In this document: positions 1 to 9,663 of the stretch, piece by piece | How positions within the stretch are numbered: the first letter of the stretch is position 1 | Layout: each line of letters starts with the position of its first letter | Assembly (NCBI GenBank): GCA_902582695.1 | Contig: CACHTH010000005.1 | Location: 4,955 to 68,954 of the forward strand | DNA: 64,000 bases | DNA from: an uncultured Candidatus Actinomarina sp. | GTDB lineage: Bacteria; Actinomycetota; Acidimicrobiia; Actinomarinales; Actinomarinaceae | Direction of reading: 5' to 3' | Made by a program: the position numbers and the translations under genes | The notes under the pieces: generated by a model | What the model was told of the DNA's origin: nothing | Database searches by the model: none | Seen by the model: the letters and a program-made list of their open reading frames with translations, nothing else

Positions 1-1
1 G

Positions 2-280
2 GTAGATATTCATATCAGTATTTCTGATTTTTCTACAGACGATATTAACAAAACACTAAATTATGAGGAAATTGTTAATTTAGTTATAAAATTCGTAAAC
101 ACAGAAAGCTATGATTTAATTGAAACTTTAGCAAAACAAATTTCTGAACAAATTGTATTTAAATACGCAAAAAATGAATCTATGTTACAAGAAATTAAGG
201 TCACAGTTCATAAACCAGACACAATTTTAAAAGATAGAACAGAAGGCATCTCGGTTTCTTATCGTGAAGAATTCAAATAG
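2..280 (+). CDS. folB: dihydroneopterin aldolase, C-terminal part (5' end lies outside the window)
   Basis: The frame is open from the window edge to TAG at 278-280. The translation ...LNYEEIVNLVIKFVNTESYDLIETLAKQISEQIV...IKVTVHKPD... fits the FolB C-terminal pattern. It overlaps the folK start by 17 nt, and folB-folK order is typical of Actinobacteria. Confidence 0.7.
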   Translation, partial: VDIHISISDFSTDDINKTLNYEEIVNLVIKFVNTESYDLIETLAKQISEQIVFKYAKNESMLQEIKVTVHKPDTILKDRTEGISVSYREEFK

Positions 281-737
281 TATTTTTCTCTCCTTGGGCT
301 CAAATATTGGTGATAAAGAAAGTAATTTAATTGATGCAGTAAGGCTAATTTCTAATTTTGCCAAGATAATTAAAATCTCATCAGTCTACAAAACAGAACC
401 ACTACTTTACAAAGAACAAGATGATTTTTTCAACATTGTTATTGAAATTGAATATCAAGAAACAGCTAGGAATTTACTGGTAAAAATTAAGGAAATAGAA
501 ACTCAAATGGGGCGAAAGAAAAATTTTAGATACGGACCAAGGTTGATAGACATAGATATTATATTTTTTAAAGGTGAAGAAATTGACGAAGAAGGTTTAA
601 TTATCCCTCATTATGATTGGCAAAATAGACTTTTTGTTGTCGAGCCTTTATACGAGGTTTTAAATAAGCATTTAGATAAATCTAGTTTTAAAATTTTTGA
701 TCAAAAAATAACTAATATTGGTAAAATTAAAACTTAA
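264..737 (+). CDS. folK: 2-amino-4-hydroxy-6-hydroxymethyldihydropteridine pyrophosphokinase (HPPK)
   Basis: GTG start. The N-terminus IFLSLGSNIGD is the HPPK signature (GSN.GD). It also has RKKNFRYGPRLIDIDII and a PH..W..R.FV block. Length is 157 aa. Confidence 0.9.
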   Translation: MKNSNSIFLSLGSNIGDKESNLIDAVRLISNFAKIIKISSVYKTEPLLYKEQDDFFNIVIEIEYQETARNLLVKIKEIETQMGRKKNFRYGPRLIDIDIIFFKGEEIDEEGLIIPHYDWQNRLFVVEPLYEVLNKHLDKSSFKIFDQKITNIGKIKT

Positions 738-764
738 GTACGGGCACCATTTTAGGGCACGATA

Positions 765-1583
765 ATGACAAAAGTGATAAATACAATAAACGATGACATC
801 CTATCTGAAAACATTTGTTTTATTCCCACAATGGGAGCAATACATGAAGGTCACCTATCGCTTGTAGATATTGGAAAAGAAACAAGTTTAAAAACTTTGG
901 TATCCATATTTCTAAATAGAAGACAATTCAATAATGATGACGATTTCAAAAATTATCCTATCGAGTTTGAACAAGATATTCAATTTTTGAAAAGTAGTGG
1001 TGTTGATTTTATTTTTCTCCCTGAGGAAAGATATATTTATCCTGGTGAAGGAGTCCCTTCTATTGTTCCTAGTAAAGTGGGATCTATTCTTGAGGGAGCT
1101 TCAAGGCCTGGCCATTTCGAAGGAGTTTTAACTGTTGTAAATAGACTGTTTGATTTAATAAAGCCTAGCCATGCTGTGTTTGGGAAAAAAGATGCGCAAC
1201 AATTATTTTTAATTAAGGACATGGTTAATCGGCTTGATTTAAATATTGAAATAATAGAAGGTGAAATATTTCGTGATACAAATGGCCTTGCTTTGAGTAG
1301 CCGAAATAAGCATCTATCAGAAGATGCTAAATTAATTGCAGCAAATATTTTTAAATCTTTACAAAAAGTGGCTAAAGAAATAAATTTAGGTAAAAGTATT
1401 GAAGAATCTGTTGAACTAGGGATTAATTCATTTAATCAAAATGAAATAGATTTGGACTATTTTGAAATAGTGGATGAGGAAAATTTTAATTATCCAAATA
1501 AATACTCAAAGAAATTAAAGTTATTAATTGCAGCTTATGTTGAAAATGTAAGGCTGATAGACAACATTGATATAGAAATATGA
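765..1583 (+). CDS. panC: pantoate--beta-alanine ligase
   Basis: PTMGAIHEGHLSLV (the HIGH-like PanC motif), FGKKDAQQL and GLALSSRN are present. Length is 272 aa. Confidence 0.93.
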   Translation: MTKVINTINDDILSENICFIPTMGAIHEGHLSLVDIGKETSLKTLVSIFLNRRQFNNDDDFKNYPIEFEQDIQFLKSSGVDFIFLPEERYIYPGEGVPSIVPSKVGSILEGASRPGHFEGVLTVVNRLFDLIKPSHAVFGKKDAQQLFLIKDMVNRLDLNIEIIEGEIFRDTNGLALSSRNKHLSEDAKLIAANIFKSLQKVAKEINLGKSIEESVELGINSFNQNEIDLDYFEIVDEENFNYPNKYSKKLKLLIAAYVENVRLIDNIDIEI

Positions 1584-2347
1584 AAAAAATAATAGCAATT
1601 GATATTGGAAATACTGAAACAACAGTTGGAATAGGAAACAAGGATGGCTGGGATTCTTACAGGTTTACTACAAGAGACGCAAACACTCCAGATGAATTGT
1701 TGGCACTTTTTAACTCCACTTTTAACCTAATAGATGACAAAAGAAATGAATTAGCAGGTTCTATAGTCTGCTCAGTTGTTCCTCAAGTAACTAATAATAT
1801 GGTTCAAGCAATTGAGAGATATTTAGATTTCCCACCTATTGTTGTGGGGCCTGGTATTAAAACCGGTTTAAAAGTAAATATTGATAATCCAAAAGAATTA
1901 GGACCTGACAGGATAGCAAATTCAGTTGCTGGTTATAAAATTGCCGAGTCAGAAGTTGTAATTGTTGATTTAGGGACAGCAACTACTTTTGATGTTGTAA
2001 ACAATAAAAAAGAGTATCTAGGCGGAGCTATTTCACCGGGCATAAAGATTAGCCTGGACGCTTTAACATCGAAGACCGCTTCTTTAAAATCTGTTGAATT
2101 AGACCTTCCAAAAAAAGTTGTAGGTAAAAATACTTATGAAGCTATTCAGAGCGGGTTAATCTTTGGGCACGCATCCATGATAGATTCTATGATTGAGAAA
2201 CTTTTACAAGAATTGGGAACAAAACCAAAAATTATTCTAACTGGAGGTTTAAGTCCAATTATTCAGCCTGCACTTAATTTAAATGCACAGTATGAAGAAA
2301 ATTTAACATTAGTTGGGTTAGAAGAAATATTTAACTTAAATAATTAG
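1580..2347 (+). CDS. coaX: type III pantothenate kinase
   Basis: IAIDIGNTETTVG N-terminus, VDLGTATTFD and GGAISPG are CoaX/ASKHA motifs. It has a 4-nt overlap with panC. Confidence 0.9.
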   Translation: MKKIIAIDIGNTETTVGIGNKDGWDSYRFTTRDANTPDELLALFNSTFNLIDDKRNELAGSIVCSVVPQVTNNMVQAIERYLDFPPIVVGPGIKTGLKVNIDNPKELGPDRIANSVAGYKIAESEVVIVDLGTATTFDVVNNKKEYLGGAISPGIKISLDALTSKTASLKSVELDLPKKVVGKNTYEAIQSGLIFGHASMIDSMIEKLLQELGTKPKIILTGGLSPIIQPALNLNAQYEENLTLVGLEEIFNLNN

Positions 2348-2356
2348 GATATAAAT

Positions 2357-3838
2357 GTGACCGAATTATCAAAATCTGAAAAAGAAATATATGACCTTAG
2401 ACGTGAGAAGGTTGAAAAATTAAAAGGAACAGAGTCTTTTCCAACATACTATAAAAATGCAAGTTTTATAAGCGACATTCATGCCAACCATCAAAGCCTA
2501 GACAATGGAGAACAAACAGATATTAGTGTTGCTGTGAGAGGTCGAGTGCTAAGTATTAGGTCTTTTGGAAAATTAACATTTATAGATGTAAAAGACTCAA
2601 CTGGCAAAATACAATTACTTGCTTCTAAAGACGATTTAGATGAGAAATTAGAAGAACACATTGAATTAATGGATGTAGGAGACATAGTAGGTACTTCTGG
2701 AAGCATAATGAAAACAAAAAAGGGAGAGCTTTCATTAAAAATTTCCAATTTAATAGTTTTGAGCAAATCTTTAAGAACACTTCCTGAAAAGTGGCATGGA
2801 TTGAAAGATAAAGAAACTAGATTTAGACAAAGGTATCTTGATTTAATCGTAAATGATGATGCAAAGAAAACCATAGATACGAGATTTAAAGTTCTCAAAT
2901 TAATAAGAGAGTTTATGGTTAGTGACGGTTTTATTGAAGTTGAGACCCCTACACTCCAGCCAAAAGCAGGAGGTGCCATTGCCAAACCTTTTGCGACACA
3001 CCATAACGCAATGAGTATTGACATGTTTCTTCGAATTGCTCCTGAGCTATATTTAAAAAGATTAATTATTGGTGGTTATGAAAAAGTTTTTGAAGTTGGA
3101 AAAGTTTTTAGAAATGAAGGCATTGACCAAACACACTCACCTGAGTTCACCATGATGGAAAGTTACGAGGCTTACACAGATGTAAATGGTGTAATGGATA
3201 TGGTTGAAAAGATGTGCGAGTACATATTAAGTCAATTAAATCATGATTTAAAGATAGAATTTACTGAAAAAGAAGCAGATTTTAGTTTTCCTTGGAAAAG
3301 AATAAGTATGTTTGATTTGGTAAGTGAACACTTTGATATTGAAATCAAACATAATTCAGATTTAAAACAAATCAAAGAAGAGTTTTTAACAAAACATAAG
3401 ATTGAGAATGAATCTAAAACTATAGGAATGTTAGTTTACGATTTGTTTGAAAAATACATTGAAGACAATATTGTAAATCCTACATTTGTAACGGACTACC
3501 CCAAAGAAGTTTCACCATTTGCCAGAGAAAGTAAAGAACAGAACGGAGTGACTGAAAGGTTTGAATTATTTGCTTTTGGTAGTGAATTAGCCAATGGTTT
3601 TTCCGAACTCATTGATCCAATTGATCAAGAGGCAAGATTAAAAGAACAAGCACAAAAAAAAGCTGATGGAGATGAAGAGGCACATGTAGAAGACAGAGAT
3701 TACATTGAAGCTTTAGAGTACGGACTACCTCCAACTGGTGGGCTTGGTTTTGGTGTAGATAGATTTGTAATGATGCTTACAAACAATGAATCAATTCGAG
3801 AAGTTATTGCCTTTCCACATTTAAAACCTGAAAATTAA
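2357..3838 (+). CDS. lysS: lysine--tRNA ligase, class II
   Basis: GTG start. It has an OB-fold anticodon-binding region (RGRVLSIRSFGKLTFIDVKD), RQRYLDL, FRNEGID, and class II motif 3 GLGFGVDRFVMMLT. Length is 493 aa. Confidence 0.93.
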   Translation: MTELSKSEKEIYDLRREKVEKLKGTESFPTYYKNASFISDIHANHQSLDNGEQTDISVAVRGRVLSIRSFGKLTFIDVKDSTGKIQLLASKDDLDEKLEEHIELMDVGDIVGTSGSIMKTKKGELSLKISNLIVLSKSLRTLPEKWHGLKDKETRFRQRYLDLIVNDDAKKTIDTRFKVLKLIREFMVSDGFIEVETPTLQPKAGGAIAKPFATHHNAMSIDMFLRIAPELYLKRLIIGGYEKVFEVGKVFRNEGIDQTHSPEFTMMESYEAYTDVNGVMDMVEKMCEYILSQLNHDLKIEFTEKEADFSFPWKRISMFDLVSEHFDIEIKHNSDLKQIKEEFLTKHKIENESKTIGMLVYDLFEKYIEDNIVNPTFVTDYPKEVSPFARESKEQNGVTERFELFAFGSELANGFSELIDPIDQEARLKEQAQKKADGDEEAHVEDRDYIEALEYGLPPTGGLGFGVDRFVMMLTNNESIREVIAFPHLKPEN

Positions 3839-4818
3839 TTAGTTCGATTAACTAGATAATTGTTTATGTTTTCTAAAACTGGAAATAGTTCATGATTTTT
3901 GAGTGTAAATATAGCTTCCACACTCTGATTTAAGTAGCCATTAATTATTTCTTTTGAGTCGTCAATTATTTCCTTTGTGGTAAATTCACTAAGTACATTT
4001 TGAACATCGATTTTATTTTCTTTTATTTCAGTCAAGATTTCCTGGTACTTACCTTTATCTTTATTCAATGCAATTAAGACTGGTAATGTGTAAGTCCCTT
4101 CTAGGATGTCATTACCTGCAGGCTTTCCTAACGTTTCTGAGTCAGAAGTTAAATCTAATATATCATCAGATATTTGAAAAATTATTCCACAATTCCAACC
4201 CCAATTGCTCAAGGCGTCAATAATCTCACTATCTGCTGAGCTAGCAAGAGAACCGAGTCTTGCACTTGTTCTAATAAGACTCGCAGTCTTACCTTCAATA
4301 ACTGTTAAATAATCATCAATCTTTTGATTAAGGTCAAAAGCTAAATTTAATTCTTTTGTTTGACCTTCAACCAATTCTGCATAAGTTGATGCTAACAGTT
4401 TGACAGATTCCAATCCTAAATTCTCTGCAGCAAGCTCTGAAGATCTTGCAAGTAAATAATCTCCAGCAAGTATTGAAAGGGTAGAGTTCCATTTTGAGTT
4501 TGAACTTTCAACACCCCTTCTTGTTGTGGCATTGTCCATGACATCATCATGATATAAACTTCCAATATGAATTAGTTCTACACAAACACCAGCATCAATA
4601 ATTTTGCTAATATTATCAATTTCATTTCCAAACTTTCCAGCAAGCGAAGTTACTATTGGTCGAAATCTTTTCCCTCCGGCATTTATAAGATATTGAGAAA
4701 TTGATGTAAGGTAATCATTTGAGGAACTAGAAACTTCTAAAAGTCTTTTCTCTAATACATTTAAGTTATCCCAAATATCATCAAAAGGTATGATTTTTTT
4801 GATTTCATTGCTTTCCAT
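3835..4818 (-). CDS. trans-polyprenyl diphosphate synthase (chain length undetermined)
   Basis: First DDxxD-type motif LIHIGSLYHDDVMD and second motif FQISDDILD are present. Length is 327 aa. It is convergent with lysS and the stop codons overlap. Confidence 0.85.
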   Translation of the reverse strand: MESNEIKKIIPFDDIWDNLNVLEKRLLEVSSSSNDYLTSISQYLINAGGKRFRPIVTSLAGKFGNEIDNISKIIDAGVCVELIHIGSLYHDDVMDNATTRRGVESSNSKWNSTLSILAGDYLLARSSELAAENLGLESVKLLASTYAELVEGQTKELNLAFDLNQKIDDYLTVIEGKTASLIRTSARLGSLASSADSEIIDALSNWGWNCGIIFQISDDILDLTSDSETLGKPAGNDILEGTYTLPVLIALNKDKGKYQEILTEIKENKIDVQNVLSEFTTKEIIDDSKEIINGYLNQSVEAIFTLKNHELFPVLENINNYLVNRTN

Positions 4819-4897
4819 AACTAAAGAATAAGGTAAATGTATAAATAGTTGTAATTTTCATTTAAGTGTATAAACAGACCCTTGGTAATATAACAAT

Positions 4898-7378
4898 ATG
4901 TTTGAAAGATTTACAGATAGAGCCAGAAGAGTTGTAGTTTTAGCACAGGAAGAAGCTAGAAGACTTAATCACAATTATATTGGCACTGAACACATACTTC
5001 TTGGTTTGATTCAAGAAGGTGAAGGCCATGCCGCAAAAGCTTTAGAAGAATTAAACATCAATATCGACAGTGTTAGGTCAGAGGTTGTTGAAATTATTGG
5101 AGAAGGCCAACAATCTCCAAGTGGACACATCCCATTTACCCCCAGAGCTAAAAAAGTTCTAGAACTTTCATTAAGGGAGGCATTACAACTCGGACATAAC
5201 TACATAGGAACAGAACACATACTTCTTGGTTTGATTCGTGAGGGAGAAGGTGTAGCTGCTCAAGTACTTAAAAAATTAGGTGCTGAATTATCCCAGGTGA
5301 GACAAACTGTAATTAAATTAATATCTTCTGCGGGAGAAAGTAAAAAACAACAAGCTGCATCAACTGGTGGTAGAGAGAGGCCTGGATCCGGTACAGGCTC
5401 TGCAATTTTAGATCAATTTGGTAGAAATCTAACGAGAATGGCAAAAGAAGGAAAACTTGATCCGGTAATAGGTAGGACAACCGAAATCGAAAGAGTCATG
5501 CAAATTCTTTCTAGAAGAACAAAAAATAACCCTGTTTTAATTGGTGAACCAGGAGTTGGTAAAACAGCAATTGTTGAAGGCCTTGCCCAAAAAGTTGTTG
5601 CTGGAGATGTTCCAGTCACTCTTGAAGGTAAACAAATTTATACTTTAGACCTTTCCGCACTTGTTGCAGGTTCTCGTTACAGAGGTGATTTTGAGGAACG
5701 TTTGAAGAAAGTCCTTAAAGAGATAAAAACAAGAGGAGATATTGTATTATTTATCGATGAAATACACACTCTTGTAGGCGCTGGTGCAGCAGAAGGTGCT
5801 ATAGACGCGGCATCAATCCTTAAACCAATGTTAGCTAGAGGAGAACTTCAGACTATTGGTGCTACTACACTTGAAGAATTCAGAAAACATTTTGAAAAAG
5901 ACGCAGCACTTGAAAGAAGATTTCAATCAGTCCAAGTAGATGAGCCAAAATTATCTGATGCCATTGAAATATTAGATGGACTAAAAGATAGATATGAAGT
6001 ACATCACGGAGTACGTTTTACTGATCAGGCAATAGCTTCTGCTGTAAATATGGCAGATAGATATATTTCTGATAGATTTCTACCTGATAAGGCAATTGAT
6101 TTAATTGATGAAGCTGGAAGTCGAATGAGAGTATATAAAAAACCATTAGATCAAGAAAAGCAAGAAATTGCTGACAAACTTAAAAATCTTAGAGAGCAAA
6201 AGATTGACGCTGTCCAATCTCAATTATATGAAAAAGCTGCTCAAATAAGAGACCAAGAAAAGCTTTTGTTAGATGAAGTCAATACAACAGACGCATCATC
6301 TGTAGATGAAATTGAGATGGTTATAGACGAGGAAGAAATAGCTGAGGTTTTAGCTCAATGGACTGGTATTCCCGTTCATAGACTAACCCAAGAAGAGACT
6401 GCAAGATTACTAGAGATGGAAGTTGAATTACACAAGAGAATTATTGGCCAAAATGAAGCAATTTCTGCTGTATCTAAAGCAATAAGAAGGACTAGATCTG
6501 GATTAAAAGATCCAAAAAGACCTTCAGGATCATTTATATTTTTAGGTCCATCTGGAGTTGGAAAGACAGAGACTGCAAAAGCTTTAGCTGAATTCCTATT
6601 TGGTGACGAAGAATCTTTGATTCAGATAGATATGTCTGAATACATGGAAAAGCATACTGTAAGCAGACTTATCGGTTCTCCTCCGGGATATGTAGGTTAT
6701 GATGAAGGCGGTCAACTTACAGAAGCTGTAAGAAGGAAACCATTCAGCATTGTACTTCTTGACGAAGTTGAAAAAGCTCATCCGGATGTTTTCAACACTT
6801 TGCTTCAGATTTTAGAAGATGGGAGGCTCACAGATGCACAAGGTAGAACAGTAGACTTTAAAAACACAATAATTATTATGACTTCTAACTTAGGTACAAA
6901 AGACATAGCTAAAAATATTGGATTTAGCTCCTTAGATGAACTAGACAATTATGAAAAAATGAAATCAAAAGTACGAGAAGAACTAAAAAGATACTTTAGA
7001 CCAGAGTTCTTAAATCGTATCGATGAAACTATTGTTTTCCATGAGCTTACTATTGATGAAGTTAAAGAAATTGTTGACTTAATGCTTGATAGAGTACATG
7101 CCCAACTTAAAAATTCAGATTTGGAAATAGTTCTATCTGATGAAGCAAAGGAATTTTTAGCAACTGAAGGTTATGATAAAGAATTTGGTGCAAGACCTTT
7201 AAGAAGATCAATCCAAAGATTACTAGAAGACCCATTATCTGAAGAGCTTTTGCAGGGAAAGTATAAAGCTGGATCAACTATCATAATTTCTTTAAATAAA
7301 GAAGATAATACTTTAGAGTTTGAATCTGTTGAGGCTCCAGATGAGCCACCTGTTGATTTTGTAGAATCTGAATCTTAA
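4898..7378 (+). CDS. clpC: ATP-dependent Clp protease ATP-binding subunit ClpC (ClpC1-type)
   Basis: [37 protein letters not shown] is a repeated Clp_N domain. There are two AAA+ modules (GEPGVGKTA and GPSGVGKTE) and a UVR-like linker. Length is 826 aa. Confidence 0.95.
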   Translation: MFERFTDRARRVVVLAQEEARRLNHNYIGTEHILLGLIQEGEGHAAKALEELNINIDSVRSEVVEIIGEGQQSPSGHIPFTPRAKKVLELSLREALQLGHNYIGTEHILLGLIREGEGVAAQVLKKLGAELSQVRQTVIKLISSAGESKKQQAASTGGRERPGSGTGSAILDQFGRNLTRMAKEGKLDPVIGRTTEIERVMQILSRRTKNNPVLIGEPGVGKTAIVEGLAQKVVAGDVPVTLEGKQIYTLDLSALVAGSRYRGDFEERLKKVLKEIKTRGDIVLFIDEIHTLVGAGAAEGAIDAASILKPMLARGELQTIGATTLEEFRKHFEKDAALERRFQSVQVDEPKLSDAIEILDGLKDRYEVHHGVRFTDQAIASAVNMADRYISDRFLPDKAIDLIDEAGSRMRVYKKPLDQEKQEIADKLKNLREQKIDAVQSQLYEKAAQIRDQEKLLLDEVNTTDASSVDEIEMVIDEEEIAEVLAQWTGIPVHRLTQEETARLLEMEVELHKRIIGQNEAISAVSKAIRRTRSGLKDPKRPSGSFIFLGPSGVGKTETAKALAEFLFGDEESLIQIDMSEYMEKHTVSRLIGSPPGYVGYDEGGQLTEAVRRKPFSIVLLDEVEKAHPDVFNTLLQILEDGRLTDAQGRTVDFKNTIIIMTSNLGTKDIAKNIGFSSLDELDNYEKMKSKVREELKRYFRPEFLNRIDETIVFHELTIDEVKEIVDLMLDRVHAQLKNSDLEIVLSDEAKEFLATEGYDKEFGARPLRRSIQRLLEDPLSEELLQGKYKAGSTIIISLNKEDNTLEFESVEAPDEPPVDFVESES

Positions 7379-7396
7379 ATTACTAAACTAGATTAG

Positions 7397-8329
7397 ATGA
7401 AATTTATTATCGATACCGATCCAGGTACTGATGATGCTGTTGCAATACTCATAGCTTTAGCAAACTTTAGTGATGAGGAATTCTTGGCAATAACAACTGT
7501 AGCGGGAAATGTTACAGTTGATGTAGGTACTAAAAATGCTTTAAGGTTGTTGGAGCATACAAATAGAAACAATATTCCTGTTTATAAAGGTGAAGCAAAA
7601 CCTTTATATCGTGAATTAACAACTGCAGAATGGGTACATGGATCAGACGGACTTAATGGTGTAGATTTTCCAAATCCCTCTAAAAATGAAGAATCTTCAG
7701 ATGCAGTTAGCTACATAACTAACCTTCTGATAAATAGTGATGAAAAGATTACTATTTGTGTACTTGGACCAATGACCAATATAGGTAAGGTGCTATCTCA
7801 AGACCCAAAATTATCATCTAATATTGAACAAATAATTTTTATGGGTGGAGGAGCAGGTTTTGGAAACACAACACCAGTTGCAGAATTTAATTTTTTTGTA
7901 GACCCTGAGGCAGTAAATATTGTATTAAATTCTGGAGTAAAGTTGATAATGATGGGTTTAGATGTTACACATCAAGCAATAGCAACCAAAACAAGACTTG
8001 AAGACATCTTAGAAACCAAAACTGTTACAGGTAAGAATATTGTCAGTTTAATGAGTTCACTTTCAGACATAGAAATTGTTAGAGAAATTTTTCCTGATGG
8101 TACACCTGTTCATGACGCATTTGTAACGGCTTATTTAGTAGACGATACACTCACTAATGGTAAATTTGTAAACATAGAAATAGAAACAAAATCAGAACTA
8201 TCTTTAGGCCAATCAGTAATTGATACAAATAGCGTCACAGGCAGAAAGAAAAATGTATATTGGATGAACCAAGTAAATGATGACAAGCTCTTCGAGATTA
8301 TTAAGTCTGCATCCTCTAAGCTTCCCTAG
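7397..8329 (+). CDS. nucleoside hydrolase (IU-NH family)
   Basis: The N-terminal IIDTDPGTDDAVAI aspartate cluster (DxDxxxDD) is typical of inosine/uridine-preferring nucleoside hydrolases. Length is 310 aa. Confidence 0.88.
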   Translation: MKFIIDTDPGTDDAVAILIALANFSDEEFLAITTVAGNVTVDVGTKNALRLLEHTNRNNIPVYKGEAKPLYRELTTAEWVHGSDGLNGVDFPNPSKNEESSDAVSYITNLLINSDEKITICVLGPMTNIGKVLSQDPKLSSNIEQIIFMGGGAGFGNTTPVAEFNFFVDPEAVNIVLNSGVKLIMMGLDVTHQAIATKTRLEDILETKTVTGKNIVSLMSSLSDIEIVREIFPDGTPVHDAFVTAYLVDDTLTNGKFVNIEIETKSELSLGQSVIDTNSVTGRKKNVYWMNQVNDDKLFEIIKSASSKLP

Positions 8330-8486
8330 TGTTTATTTTTACCAACTAAAAAGTTAATTGGTTGTCAAATTGATTAAAAAAACTTAGCAAACAAGCGAGC
8401 TTATTCAATAGTATTTGTCTACTATATTATGCATAAAGGTATTTATATACCTTCAACTAGTTGGACAAGGAGTAAAAGTGACTCGA

Positions 8487-9599
8487 ATGAAGTCAAAATG
8501 GCTAATACTTTTTATGGTTTTTAGCTTATTTTTAGTTGCTTGTGGTGGTGGATCTGATGAAGCTGCAGTGGAAGAAGTTGTTGAAGAGGAACCAGCTGAA
8601 ACGCTGGATGCTCCAGCAACAACAGCTGCTCCAGCTGAACCAGAAGAAGACCCTATGGGCATATGCTTAGTGTTAGATATAGGTGGTCTTGGTGACCTCT
8701 CATTTAACGATCTAGCTTACGCTGGATATGAAAAAGCTGTCGCCGACTTTGGCATGAAAGGAACTTTCTTAGAGCCAGAGGGTGGTGGAGAAAATAGAGG
8801 AGAACTTCTAGAACTTTGTGCAGAAGCAGGAAATGATTTAATAATTGGAAATGGTTTCTTGTTTGATGCTTCAATGAACGAAGTTGCTCCAAATTATCCT
8901 GATTTGAATTTTGCAATTACCGATGGTGTTGCTGAACCTGCAAATGTTAGAGGCATGTTATTCAACCATGCTGAAGGTTCATTCTTAGCAGGTGTTGCAG
9001 CAGCATTGAAAACACAAACAAACAATGTTGGATTTTTAGGTGGAGTTGATTTCCCACTTATTCATGAATTTGAACAAGGATTTATTGCAGGTGTTCAGGC
9101 AATAAATCCAGATATCACAATTCAAATTGGATACGCCAGCGTTGCTCCAGATTTTTCTGGATTCAATGATCAAGTGAAAGGTAAAGAAATTGCTCTTGCT
9201 CAGTATGAAGCAGGTGCAGATATTATCTATCACGCTGCTGGCGGTACAGGAACAGGAATGTTCCAAGCTGCTAAAGAAGTATCAGAAAGTACTGGATCTA
9301 AAGTTTGGGGTATTGGTGTAGACTTTGATCAATATTATCAAGTCGGAAACGCACTACCTGAACTTCAAGAATATATACTTTCATCTATGGTGAAAGCAGT
9401 AGATGTTTCTATCTATAATGCTGCAAAAGCAACTATGGAAGGCACATTCACTGGTGGAGCAAACGTAGATAACTTAGCAACAGGTGGAATTTATCTATCC
9501 TATTCTGGAGGCTACATTGATGACATTAAAGATCAAATTGATAGCTATAAAGAAAAAATTATGAGTGGAGAAATTGTTCCTCCATCAGCTAGGCCTTAA
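8487..9599 (+). CDS. BMP-family (PnrA-like) ABC transporter substrate-binding lipoprotein, probable nucleoside binding
   Basis: I chose ATG 8487 (MKSKWLILFMVFSLFLVACGGG, signal plus lipobox) over the ORF-track start 8415. AAGGAG lies at 8467-8472. A BMP-like core follows (DLSFND, GFLGGVD, WGIGVD). It sits next to CUT2-type ATPase and permease genes and a nucleoside hydrolase. Confidence 0.8.
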   Translation: MKSKWLILFMVFSLFLVACGGGSDEAAVEEVVEEEPAETLDAPATTAAPAEPEEDPMGICLVLDIGGLGDLSFNDLAYAGYEKAVADFGMKGTFLEPEGGGENRGELLELCAEAGNDLIIGNGFLFDASMNEVAPNYPDLNFAITDGVAEPANVRGMLFNHAEGSFLAGVAAALKTQTNNVGFLGGVDFPLIHEFEQGFIAGVQAINPDITIQIGYASVAPDFSGFNDQVKGKEIALAQYEAGADIIYHAAGGTGTGMFQAAKEVSESTGSKVWGIGVDFDQYYQVGNALPELQEYILSSMVKAVDVSIYNAAKATMEGTFTGGANVDNLATGGIYLSYSGGYIDDIKDQIDSYKEKIMSGEIVPPSARP

Positions 9600-9621
9600 A
9601 TAAGTCTAGAAATTTTATATT

Positions 9622-9656
9622 CGTTCCAGGGGAAACCCTGGAACGGATATTTTTTA
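9622..9656 (+). terminator. intrinsic terminator/attenuator hairpin after the binding-protein gene
   Basis: CGTTCCAGGG-GAAA-CCCTGGAACG is a perfect 10-bp stem with a GNRA-type loop. It is followed by GATATTTTTT. Confidence 0.75.
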
Positions 9657-9663
9657 TAAAAAC

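Noticed and set aside
2491-3024. A 177-aa ORF antisense to lysS. Similar antisense ORFs occur at 1037-1222, 5413-5619, 6596-6781, 10581-10922, 14366-14719, 15532-15798, 19147-19521, 24630-24944, 29984-30271, 36021-36332, 58164-58442 and 61564-61851.
   Set aside because: All lie fully inside well-supported genes on the opposite strand. They have low-complexity or odd composition and no recognisable motifs or start context, so they are shadow ORFs.
8415-8486. Longer N-terminal extensions given by the ORF track: 8415 for the BMP protein, 24396 for the LivJ-like protein, 50416 for the iron-binding protein, 38238 for nuoK, 44226 for the ABC ATPase and 15464 for carD.
   Set aside because: The internal starts give canonical signal peptide plus lipobox or family-typical N-termini. 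They are also better placed relative to Shine-Dalgarno-like sequences or upstream stop codons.
8330-8486. A known riboswitch (purine, preQ1, c-di-AMP or similar) in the longer spacers 8330-8486 and 50035-50460.
   Set aside because: I could not recognise any conserved riboswitch core sequence by eye. This requires a covariance-model scan to exclude properly.
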